From contig NC_042997.1 in NCBI RefSeq assembly GCF_006345805.1, forward strand, positions 142,910,001 through 142,974,000: 64,000 bases of DNA, in the 5' to 3' direction. The translations under genes were made by a program, and so were the position numbers. A model generated the notes under the pieces. It was not told the origin of the DNA. It saw only the letters and a program-made list of their open reading frames with translations, and made no database searches. Of this stretch, positions 1-11,119 are shown piece by piece (within the stretch, counting starts at the first letter, position 1; each line of letters begins with the position of its first letter). Source of the stretch: Octopus sinensis (taxonomy: Eukaryota).

Positions 1-364
1 GTGTTTTGATGGAGACTTTTGTCCACTTCTTAGGATCAAACGACTTGTGGTTAACTGCCATTTGCACAGAACTTTTCTCCACTTCAGTCTTTGATGTTCT
101 TGTTCAAATATTTGCTTCTTCCATCAAAATCAGCACTAATTTTATCCAACCCAGATTAGTTTCAGATAAGTTTGTACACTTAATCTTCTTCAATTATTAG
201 TACATTTTCCTACCACATGAAGTTGTTTAACCACCAGTAAAACAGCAGCCAGATCTCCTTCAAGTCACATTCTACTGGCTTAAAAATGGAAAGCGACAAG
301 TTAGGTGATGTAGTCCAAGATGCCTCTGGAACGGTGCAATCATCAAGACTGGAATGTCTGTGGT

Positions 365-605
365 CATCATCATCATTAAACATCTGTTCTCATGCTGGCA
401 TGAGTTGGACAGCTTGATAAGAACCAGTGAGGCCAGGATCCACACAAGCTTTCATAGTCTATTTTGGCTTGGTTTCTACAGTTGAATGCCCTTCCTAATG
501 CTTTCCTCTTTACAGAACATACTGGATGCTTTTTATGTTGCACCATTACCAGTACATTTTACATGGCATTATCACCAGTACTTTTTACATGGCACGAGCA
601 CCAGA
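365..605 (-). mobile_element. RTE-type LINE 3' UTR fragment
   Basis: (CAT)n tail followed by the CATGCTGGCATG..TTGGAC..TTTCTACAG.TG.ATGCCCTTCCTAA motif. This is the reverse complement of the 3' UTR that follows RTE coding sequence at 12370-12617 and 13260-13513. Confidence 0.7.
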
Positions 606-1155
606 TAGATTTGTTTAATATCATTTATTTTAACATCTGTTTTCCAAACTAGCATTGTTTAGATGTAAGGAAACCAAGGTAGAAATCTTATAGCTGGAGG
701 TACTTCTTGTTATCAACCCTTACCTGTTTTTGAAGAACAGGAATACTTTTTTTTTTAGTGGATGAATTGTTAACATGAAATACCAATAAGTGTTACTGGT
801 TTCAGACCAACCAGAAACAGTGACATCACAGCTCATAGTTTGACTCTTTAATCCAAATCTTTATACAAAGATTTGGATGAGATGAAAACCTTTGGAAGTG
901 ACATCCTGTACTTTTACAAGTTTTACATTTTGTCTCATGGCCATGCTGGAGTCAAGCCTAAAATTTAGTTAATTATATCAACTCCAGAACTTTCTGTCTA
1001 TAAGAGACAAAAGATAAAGGATAATTGAACATAGCTCGAACAGAGCTAAATACCACAAGGTATATATGTTTGGTCATCCCTTACCAGTAGTATTATTCTT
1101 AGTGCAAGTTTTGAAGAGTGCAGTTCGATTTTAACACTTATTTTTTAAAGCTATA

Positions 1156-1891
1156 ATGGAAGTGACAAAAGAGTATATTTAGCATATTTTGCTTTATGAA
1201 TTCAATAAAGGCAAGAACACAACGGAAAATGCAAGGAATATTAATGCAGTATATGGGGATTGGACAATAAGTGTAAGCCAGTGTCAATGGTGGTTCCAGA
1301 AATTCTGAGCCAGAAACTACAGCCTAGAAGACGAGCCTCGTCCTGAAAGATCTGTAGAGCTTGGCAAGGATGTCCTGCAAACCCTGGTGGAACAAGATCC
1401 CATTGTAACTGTTGAGGAACTAGCAGAGATGCTTGAATTTGGTCATTCAACTATTCATCAACACCCACATGCCATCAGAAAAGTCAGCAAATAGGATCAA
1501 TGGGTTCCTCACAAACTTTCTGAGTCTAATCACACACAGAGAGTGAATGTGTGCTCTTCTTTGTTGTCACATCTCACGAAAGAACCTTTTGGACTGAATA
1601 GTGACTGGTGATGAGAAATGAGTTCTCTATAAAAATGTGAAGTGCTGAAGACAGTGGGTGGGGAAAGGAGAAACACCAGCACCCCAGGCTAAAGAAGGTA
1701 TTCACCCATGTAAGGTGCTGTTATCTGTTTGGTGGGATGTGAAAGGTTTAATCCACTTTGAACTTTTAAACCCAAACTAAATGATAACAAAGGAGATCTA
1801 CTGTGAGCAGCTTGAGCAGATTCAGTCAGCGCTAGAAGGAAAATGACCACCTTTGGTTTGAAGACGAAAGGTGTTCTTCCATCAGGATAAC
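1156..1891 (+). pseudogene. Mariner (Tc1/mariner) transposase relic, 3'-truncated
   Basis: Manual translation from ATG 1156: MEVTKEYI*HILLYEFNKG...QWWFQKF*ARNYSLEDEPRPERS...WVPHKLSE... frameshift near 1590 ...VTGDEK*VLY...KVLLSVWWDVKG...FFHQDN. This covers the mariner WVPHxL, TGDEKW and HQDN motifs, with several in-frame stops. Confidence 0.92.
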
Positions 1892-2829
1892 GAGGCAGTG
1901 AAAACGGGCCACAGGATCCGGCTGATTGTTTACATTTTTTGTTTGTCGACTGTTGCAAATGGTGACTGGTATCTGTTTGCTAATTATGGTGAATGGTGAC
2001 TGGTGTTTGTTAGCTAAGTTTGCTGTGCTGTTATTTTAATATAATGTTACTATTAATCCAGCTTCCCAAATATATGTGTAAGTATCAGTAGAAAATACTG
2101 AGTTGCAGAACCATAAGATCTATGTAAGTGTTTTTCATGGAGGGCTTCGCAAAGAACATAAAACTGGTGAAATGGTGTCAGCTACATGAAAGCCCACCAA
2201 CCATAATGGAATATGAGAGACTAAAAAGAAAAATTCCCTTGTAATTTTTGTGAAATTCATTTATGAAAAAGGGAAAAAATTGTCGAAATATAACCACTCG
2301 ACTTCGGGGGTCGAGTGGGCATTGCACCTCATTTATATCTTTTCATATTTTCATTCATTTTCTTTAATTTTTTCGTCCTAATTCATCTTCTTTTTGTATT
2401 TTAAGTTCCCCGAGTTTATGTTAGTCTTGTTTGTATTGTCCCATTCTGTATATAGCCCCTTGTGGGTAATAAAAAAATCAGTTTTACAGAGTTCTCCATG
2501 AATAGGTACAAGTATCAGTAGAAAACACAGCACTGTAGAACCATAGAATCTATGCAAGTACTTTATATTGTTCCCCATTGACATTAATGCTACTCTAAAC
2601 AACAGGAGGTTAAGGTTCAGATTTTGTATGGAGTATATAAGACAAACCCTAGTTTTGGGGTGATTTTTTAAAAAGTTCAAATTCCCTCCTATGCACTAGT
2701 AAATACAGTATATGTGTGTTGGTAGCCAGCTGGAAAGATGTTTTCCTGGAGCTAAATATCAGTCACATCATCCTGTGTAGGACTGTCAAATTCTGTTGGC
2801 AAATAAACTTTACTATGTATATATCTTTT

Positions 2830-2949
2830 ATCTTGTGCTTACTTCAGTCATTTGACTGCAGCCAGGCTGGGACACTGCTTTGAAGAAGTCTTTTACCCAT
2901 TGAATCAACCTCAGTATATATTTTTCGTTAAGCCTGGTACTTATTCTAT

Positions 2950-2983
<34 letters not shown>

Positions 2984-3540
2984 TCTTTTGTTTCAGTCAT
3001 TTAACTGTGGCCATGCTGGAGCACCACCATTGGTCAAACAAATCAACCCTTAGTACTTATTCTATCAGTGTCTTTTGCCAAACTGCTAAGTTATGGGGAG
3101 ACATAAACACACCAACATCAGTTGTCAAGCAATGGTGGTAGGAGAAACACAGACACACAAACATATACATATATAGATATATATATATAAATTGAGATAG
3201 GGGTTGTGAGTGCAACCCACCATGGGATAACATATATCCAATATACTGCTAGTAAAGCACCCAACAAAGTTAATACATAAATGTTAAGAATTGCGATGCA
3301 ATTAATTCATTTATTGTATTATATGGGCGAAGGTAAAATGTTTTACCACAAATTTATAATTTTCTTATTTTGTATATATATATACGACAGGATTCTTACC
3401 AAATCCACTCACAAGGCTTTGGTCAGCCCAAGGCTATAGTAGAAGACTCTTGCCCAAAGGTGCCACGTAGTGGAACTGAACCCAGAACCATGTGTTTAGG
3501 AGGCAAGCTTCTTACCACACAGCCATGCCTGCACCTAAAA
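2830..3540 (-). mobile_element. tRNA-derived SINE family A fragments (two tails, one head) split by microsatellites and a TA-embedded element
   Basis: Reverse complement of the full copy at 8780-9175. Confidence 0.75.
3190..3370. mobile_element. (TA)n-flanked short element with a decayed hammerhead-like motif (probable PLE pseudo-LTR piece)
   Basis: Homologous to 61145-61445. Contains GGCGA-A-GGTAAAA-TG-TTTTACC-ACAAA and is flanked by (TA)n on both sides. Confidence 0.5.
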
Positions 3541-3746
3541 CCTTGGCATGTCCTTGCCGGGGAATCAAACCCCAATCCCCTGCGTAACAGGTGGGGATTC
3601 TTACCACTATATTTGTTTGCGTCATTAGACTGCAGTCATACTGGGGCACCGCATTGAAGAATTTTTAGCAGACATCAGCAATTTTGACGAGGGTTTTCAA
3701 ATTTTCTTTTTTTTGTTATTCTTGGTGCCCTTGGAAAGATGGGAGC

Positions 3747-4250
3747 ATCATCATCATCATCATCATCGTTTAACGTCCGTTTTGTTTTCCGCGCTAGCAC
3801 GGGTTGGACGGTTCGAACGGGGTCTGGGGAGCCAGGGGCTGCCCCAGGCTCCAGTCTGGTCTGGCAGTGTTTCTACAGCTGGATGCCCTTCCTAACGCCA
3901 ACCACTCCGCGAGTGTAGTGGGTGCTTTTTACGTGCCACCTGCACAGGTGCCAGAGGGGTCTGGCATCGGCCACGATCAGTTGGTGCTTTTTTTTTTTTT
4001 TTTTTTTTTTTTGTGCTACCGGCACAGAAGCCAGTCGGGGCGGTGCTGGCATCGGCCACGTTCGGATGTTGCTTTTCATGTGCCACCGGCACAGAACCCG
4101 TTCGAGGTGGGGTTGGCATCGGCCACGTTCGGATGGTGCTTTTTATGTGCCACCGGCACAGAAGCTAGTGGAGGCTGCACTGGCGACGGCCACGTTCGGA
4201 TGGTGCTTTTTATGTGTCACCGGCACAGGTATCACAACTACTACCGTTTC
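3747..4250 (-). mobile_element. RTE LINE 3' UTR with four internal ~67-bp tandem units
   Basis: (CAT)n tail, RTE 3' UTR motif, then repeats of GGCATCGGCCACGTTCGGATGGTGCTTTTTATGTGCCACCGGCAC. Confidence 0.85.
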
Positions 4251-4917
4251 CATTGATATTTGGTTTGATGTTCATGTACATGCACTAACAAAAATCATTG
4301 CTAAAAATGAGTTTCTTTTCTTAAAAACACCACTACCACCACCACCACCACACACACCTTGGACCGATTTTGGTCAATTTTATGAGCACTACACACGATT
4401 TCTTTTTTACCTTCTACCTCAACCAATTTCAGTAGATTTTGTGGGCACTATGCACTATAAAACTATGGAAGAAACATTTTCGTTAAAAACAAAATTTTTT
4501 TCACTTCCATATTTATGAATTTCTTTCTTAACAATACACATAACATTTTTCTTTTATTAAGCCCTTTTCCATTATGCAATTAAATGTGTTTATTAGGAGA
4601 AAATATTAAACAAAGAAACAAGGAAGGTATTAAATGGTCGTGAGATGTGCTAAAAACAACAGCTAAATCGTCCTTAACGTTATCCATAGCGAAGCCATAT
4701 TCAACACCATAACCATGAATTTATTTCTCTCACCATGATATATTTTTCTATTACTCGAATGAAAGGCGCTTGTTTAAACGAAAAAGCGCCCAGACTTTTT
4801 CCATAACACTCAATAGAAATAATTCATTTCTAAATATCTCAGAGAGATTTATGCAGTAGTGGTATGATAAAGTAGTTGTATACTGTCAACTTAATGTGAC
4901 AGTCCCTTCTTTTTTTT

Positions 4918-5745
4918 AATATGCGGGAAAATACGGAGATTATGAGGATCTTTTCGGTTTGAATGGCAGTTTTTTCTAGCGGTGTCATATGAAATTGTCA
5001 CCCATAATTATGACCCTAGTATCGATCTATTGCATTTCAATCTGTTTTGATTATGATTCTAAAAGATTTTCCAAAAGTTTTTGTAAAATTTCAACTAAAA
5101 ACTTTTTTAAAAAGTACCCCTCCTCCTCCCCTTGCAGTTTACGGCATAAATAGAAAGTTTTGAAACCCTTTTCGTCATTGCACATGCGTTGACTGCGACA
5201 CTAAAAGTGAAAGTTAGGGATTGATGTGGTGATGGGTGGGCGAAATGGGGGGAAAGGTTTACGGAAATTTTGTTTTTTAATTTTGGGTTTTAAAATGCGG
5301 ACGGCTCGATTATGGGGGGGGGGTTCAGAAACTACTGTTTTCGGGTATGGAGATTACGAATATGAAAAAAAAAAAAAATTGGCAAATATCGGCAGTTCAA
5401 AATTTAAATTTTGCCCTCTCTCCTCCAATTTCTTCATTTTTGACTTTTTTCAGAATTTTTTTTTTTTTTTGCAAAGTATGCGGAAAAATACGGAGATAAT
5501 GATTCTGCATTAAAAAAATTCCAAAAATTTTTGTAAAATTTCAATTTAAAGAAAAAAATAATAAAGTATCCCTCCCCTCCAGGTCGCAATCTACAGCATA
5601 AACAAAGTTTTGAAACCCTTTTCGGCATTGCGCATGCGTTGACTGCGACGCTAAAAGTGAAACTTTGTAAATGGTGTGCGACATGGAGGAAAAGGTTTTT
5701 GGAAATTTTGTTTCTTAATTTTCGGTCTTAAAATGCGTCGTTCCT
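4918..5745. repeat. Two diverged tandem copies of a ~500-bp AT-rich unit
   Basis: TATGCGG.AAAATACGGAGAT at ~4920 and ~5476; AAAGTTTTGAAACCCTTTTCG.CATTGC.CATGCGTTGACTGCGAC.CTAAAAGTGAAA at ~5155 and ~5605. Confidence 0.7.
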
Positions 5746-6399
5746 GTCTCTTTGATTTCCAAATAAGTTTTTAAATACTTCGAAATCAAAATTGGGCGCA
5801 CCCGTACGTTAAATAAGCAGCCGGCAAGCAGCCTATTCACATGCTAGAAATAGCAGCCAAATCTCACACAAACTCTTTTTCGCACATTTTTTTTGTAATT
5901 TTTTTCATATACGATTCATAGAAACCGATTATATCACATTTTTTTTTTTGGAAAGAGCTTTTCGTAGGGGTGGGGCTGAGTTTCGACAAAAAATCCCAAA
6001 CAAGGTGGTATTTGTTTCTTGGCGATAAAATTTCAGAGAAATTTCCCGCGGTAAAAACAGGTAGGAATGCCAACGTACACTCGGTGGTTATGATTAGGGT
6101 TTTTGTCACGCCGAAAACGGGTAGTGTACATATTCTTTACCGCCGCCCTCAAATCTCCCTCCACATCATTGTAGCTTTATATTTTAATTAATTCTGCTAA
6201 CTTTATTGCCTTCACAGTGTTTACCGTGTTACATAAAAACTGTAGCTTAAAGCCAGAAACTGTAACTTATCACAAACTATATCACACGGAAGTATTAACT
6301 TAAGACATATTATACAAAGCTAAGCACAACATATAAAATCAACGTGCGCGCAATTAACTAGTTTCGACGAAATTACTACTCTTAATTTAAAGAAATTAC

Positions 6400-6830
6400 T
6401 TTTGAAATGCTTCTAATGAATTGTCTGAAAACAAAATTATTAATAAAGAATTTTTAAAGCATTTTACTACGGTTAAGTGCCAATTATTTTCCGACGCTTC
6501 ATCGAGCAATCGCTGAAGGGACATCGACGTAGCTATTCGACCTCTAAACGTCACTCAAATCACACTCTTGGCTTAAATACAAAAAAGTAGACGTTAGATA
6601 GTATGAACCCTACATAGCTCTAAATACGTAAAATGTTCTACTTAATTTTTCTTTAAACTTTTAGTGTAATCTCGCTGAATACTTACACGAGCAGAACTGT
6701 CTTAATCGGCTTCCGGGTTTAAAACTGAAACTGATGTAACAAAACTAAAAAAGCAAAGTTGAGCTAAGGGAAATAAATTGACACATTCCGAAAAATAAAG
6801 TTTTAAGTAACAACAGCACGTACGATTACA
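6400..6830 (-). promoter_or_regulatory. CpG-enriched non-repeat patch with splice-like signals and an ETS-like CCGGAAG; possible host-gene exons
   Basis: Minus strand: GTACGT donor at 6823, pyrimidine-rich acceptors at 6731/6725, GTAAGT donor at 6686, CTAAC branch at 6597-6593, AG at 6573-6572, ATG at 6524. Inference only. Confidence 0.3.
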
Positions 6831-7779
6831 AAGTGCTAAAAGCTTTTCAAAGTAATATGGGGCTACATCCAAAGGTCTTGTAGCCGCATATTATCAAACA
6901 TATTTAGGGCGGAGGATTGACAGAATCATCAGAAATTTTGACAAGATGCTTGGCAATATTCGTTTCGGCTCTTTACATTTTGAGTTCAAATCCTGCTGAG
7001 GCCAGCTTTGCATTTCGTCTTTTTTGGCATCACTAAAACATTGTACCCGTTAAATACTAGGGCCGGAAATAAAGTCACAATTAGTTTATAGGATCCGGAC
7101 AGATCCCTATAGTTTTCCTGTGACTTTTTTTTTTATCTGGCTTCCTACATATCGACTTTTGATTCTTCATAATTTTTAGAAAATGGAATATTTTTAAATG
7201 AAATCTTCTATAAATACGCTTCGGATGGTATAGATTCCAATTATATTGGGATTTGTTGTACAAAAAATTTCCAGAAGTAGGGAGAGGAGTTTCAGAAAAT
7301 TCACAAGAATCAGTTTTGTTCCCTCTTAACTTTAGAAAACAATGGGTATTTTAAAGGAAATTTTGGAGGCATCACTTCCCCCTACACACACACAAACCGA
7401 GATTTCGGAATTTCTTTTTTCTCTGCAGATTCCTAGGCTTTCAATGACGGAGGTTTCAGATAGGCAAAAAGCCACGTTTTCAAAAGTTTTAATTCCCCCA
7501 TCCCAATGTTTTTGATTTTTAACTTTCTTTCAAATTTTTTTTTTCAATATACGTAGAAATATACGGAAAATAACAATATGACAAACAAAAAATTCATTGA
7601 TTTAAAATTTTATATGAAAAACTCCAAATTTGATCCACACACCCCTCATCACCCAGCAAAAAAGGTGCATGTGTGCAACAATCTCTACAGCACACCAACA
7701 ATGAACGGCTGAAACAAGTGAAACAGCATATGTCAGTCTTGTTTTTTATCACTTTAAAGGTAAACCATTCTCATAGAAG

Positions 7780-8030
7780 TGGAAGCGCATGGCTTACTGG
7801 TTAGGGTGTCAGCATCATGATCGTAAGATTGTGGTTTCGATTCCTGGACCAGGCGATGCGATATGTTCTTGAGTAAAACACTTAATTTCACGTTGCTCCA
7901 GTCCACTCAGCTGGCAAAAATGAGTAATGCTGCGATGGACTGGCATTCCGTCCAGCTGGGAAACACATACGCCATAGAAACTGGGCCCATGAGCCTGGTT
8001 AGGCTTTAAAAGGGCGCATTTATTTTTTTT
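7780..8030 (+). mobile_element. tRNA-derived SINE family C with 13-bp TSD
   Basis: A box TGGCTTACTGG, B box GGTTTCGATTCC, T-rich tail; TSD ATTCTCATAGAAG at 7767-7779 and 8031-8043. Confidence 0.9.
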
Positions 8031-8653
8031 ATTCTCATAGAAGCAAACACGATAGGGAGTAATTCTCCATCATACATCTACTAAAAACTTCAACATACTT
8101 CCAAAATTGATCCACACACCCCTTGCCAGCCAGTGAAAAAGGGGTGTGTGTCGCAACAATCTCTACAGCTCACTGAAAATGAACAGGTGAGGAGGTAACC
8201 CATGAGCTCTACTCATTTTTAGTTAGACGCGCAAAATAACAGCTAGTTGTTTTTCCATCTTTAATTATGTGCTAAAACATGCTGTTTCACTTGTTTAAGC
8301 TGTTCATATGCATGAAACTACATACATAAAACAAACCATACAAATCTACACATGCACTGACTCCAAATACTGCTCATATACACACACAAATAACCTATTG
8401 ATGTTTTTGAAATTCCAATAAAGGAGCCTTGGATCTAGGCTAGAAACTGATTCTTTCACTAATGGCAAGAAATCTTGAAATAAAACTGAATAATGATGTG
8501 CATAGTTGTCCACAAACCCATGTGTCGGAAAAAAAAAACTTCTATATTAAATTAAAAGAGTGGATATACTATTTTTAATAAAATACTATATTATATTTCG
8601 TTTTTGTATTTGGTTTGCAAGATTCTTTATGTGAATTCGTTTGTTGAAGCACA

Positions 8654-9274
8654 TTTTATTGTGTCTGGGGAGAGTCATTCTCTTTTAGTGCCTTATTAAT
8701 TTAATACACTCACCTATTTCCACTCATTTATTTATTTATTTCATTAAAATTTTCATTGCAACTTGCAACTTTTTCAATCGCAGGAGTGGCTGTGTGGTAA
8801 GTAGCTTGCTTACAAACCACATGGTTCCCGGTTCAGTCCCACTCCATGGCATCTTGGGTAAGTGTCTTCAACTATAGCCTCGGGCCAATCAAAGCCTTGT
8901 GAGTGGATTTGGCAGATGGAAACTGAAAGAAGCCTGTTGCATATATGTATATATATATGTATGTATGTGTATATGTTGTGTATCTGTTTGTCCCCCCAAC
9001 ATCGCTTGACAACCGATGCTGGTGTGTTTAGGTCCCTGTAACTTAGTGGTTTGGCAAAAGAGACCGATAGAATAAGTACTAGGCTTACAAAGAATAAGTC
9101 CTGGGGTCGATTTGATTCAACTAAAGGCGGTGCTCCAGCATGGCCGCAGTCAAATGACTGAAACAAGTAAAAGAGTGAACAAAAATTTTAGTAAAAATAA
9201 ATGAGTGGAACTCAGTGAGCATGTTAAATTAATAAGGCACTAAAAGAGAATGGCTCTCCTTAGTCACAATAAAA
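8654..9274. mobile_element. Foldback element with ~95-bp inverted arms and a central hammerhead-like motif, interrupted by a SINE
   Basis: 8654-8750 is an imperfect reverse complement of 9182-9274. Minus-strand TTGAAAA-A-GTTGC-AAGTT-GCAAT-GAAA at 8777-8751. Confidence 0.6.
8780..9175 (+). mobile_element. tRNA-derived SINE family A, full-length copy
   Basis: A box TGGCTGTGTGG, B box GGTTCAGTCCC, internal TA/TG microsatellite, tail GACTGAAACAAGTAAAAGAG. More than 15 partial copies elsewhere in the window. Confidence 0.9.
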
Positions 9275-9750
9275 TACTATGTTATAGTTTCATATAAGCC
9301 AATCAATTTCACACCAGGTGTTGAGAAAAACTCCATCAACTATCAGAATTGTCTGAGAAAAGGAATGATAAGGCATGGGCTCTTTGCCACTGGAGACCTG
9401 AAAGAGTCAGATTCAGTTTGAAGATTTTATAGCTGTTGTGATATTTTAGTTAATTGAAGTTATACCCCTTGAACTGAGGTCAACATAGACCACCACATTA
9501 TGAGAGATATATATACCTGTGAGATGGGATAAGCAGAACAGGATTGGATAGAGACATGGATGAAGTGGGAATAGGGGATGTAGGTGGGGTTAATTTTAAA
9601 ATCGTGTGTGGCCCTGTACATGTATGTGTGTGTGTGTGTGTATACTTTGATTAGATGTGTTAACCTCATGAAGGGATGGGTTCATCCAAGGAAATGCTGA
9701 TTCAATACCTAGTATTTTGGGGGGAATTAATTTCCTTAAAATTATTGGTA

Positions 9751-10136
9751 TCTCTTCTCTCTATATATAAACGGCAGTTTGTCTGTGCATGTTTCTGTGT
9801 GTCTGTTTGCTTGTACCCTCACCCTGACCACGGCTTTCAACCGATTCTGATGAAACTTGACACACTCATAGCCCAATGTCATAATTCAAAACTAACGTAG
9901 CGAAAATTTTGAAAAGTTCCCCCAGTTCTGAAAAAAATCGATAAATTCGACATGGGGTCGAGAATCAGAAACACAAACCGCAAACTGTCTAGGAGACGCA
10001 ACTCCACCTTTTTTCACTCTCAAAAAATTTATCATCATTTTTTCCATTTTTTTGCTATTTTTTGGCTATAACTCTCTAAAAATGCTTTATAGTTATTTCC
10101 CTTACAAACCTGAGCAACGCCGGGCGATACTGCTAG
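9751..10136 (+). mobile_element. Non-autonomous Helitron (family H1)
   Basis: A|TC 5' end, subterminal hairpin CC(T)GAGCAACGCCGGG, CTAG|T 3' end, no TSD. Reverse copy at 24277-24648. Confidence 0.85.
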
Positions 10137-10350
10137 TATATATATAAACATATAGTTTATATTCATATATAAGAAGAGGAAAATGAAGATCGGTAAGTTA
10201 ATAATTTTTTATTGTTAACAGTAAATTAATGATCATCCCTTATATTCTTTTATTCATTATCCAATCAGAATTAATTGACCAACATGGATCTATATTAACT
10301 TCTTGGGGGTGATGGGTAAAAAGTGTAAACACATATATATATGCATGGAA

Positions 10351-10580
10351 GGCAGCGAGCTGGCAGAAACGTTAGCACGCCGGGCGAAATGCGTAGCCAT
10401 ATTTCGTCTGCTGTTATGTTCTGGGTTCAAATTCCGCCGAGGTCGACTTTGCCTTTCATCCTTTCGGGGTCGATAAATTAAGTACCAGTTATACACTGGG
10501 GTCGTTGTAATCGACTTAATCCATTTGTCTGTCTTTGTTTGTCCCCTCTGTGTTTAGCCCCTTGTAGGTAGTAAAGAAAT
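10351..10580 (+). mobile_element. tRNA-derived SINE family B, full-length copy
   Basis: GGCAGCGAGCTGGCAGAAACG head, GGGTTCAAATTCC B box, GCCTTTCATCCTTTCGGGGTCGAT body, GTAAAGAAAT tail. Many reverse copies (about 21690-21880, 29197-29664, 34680-34885, 35520-35730, 46240-46632, 47090-47400). Confidence 0.88.
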
Positions 10581-11067
10581 ATATATATATATATGCATGG
10601 AAGACGTGGAATGAAGTGGTAAGGACCTTTCTCAGGATGTTGGGCTTCATAGAGGAAATGACTGGTAATATGAGGTTTTCATACAAGATCACCTCCTCCA
10701 ATACTCCCTCTCCTCTCAAATGATTTTTATCTTGCAGGTTACTTGGTGACCTTGTCAATGCAAGTGCCACTTAAAAAGCATCTAATCTGCACTGTAAAAT
10801 GGTTGGCATTTGGAAGGGCATCCAGCTGTAAAAACCTTGCTAAAACTGACCTCACCTGTGCTTGTGCCATATAAAAAACACTAAATCCACTCTGCTGGGT
10901 GGCTGGTGTTAGGAAGGGCATCCAATTGTGAAAATCTTGCCGAAACAGTCACAGAAGTCTGGTGCAGGCTTCTGCCTGTCCAGCTCTTGTGAAACTGTCC
11001 CACCCATGCTAGCATGGAAGGCAGGCATTAAATGATGATGATGATACATATATGTGTGTGTGTGTGT

Positions 11068-11116
<49 letters not shown>

Positions 11117-11119
11117 TAC

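Noticed and set aside
6-240. ORF 6-200 and the minus-strand frames as a host exon
   Set aside because: No recognisable domain; the best minus frame has an internal TGA and no convincing splice sites.
3713-4518. Overlapping 150-198 aa ORFs
   Set aside because: Produced by GC-rich tandem units in an RTE 3' UTR; the same pseudo-peptides recur at 25.7, 35.1 and 50.6 kb.
9304-9400. Possible exon on either strand
   Set aside because: Short open frames on both strands with weak donors; cannot be separated from chance.
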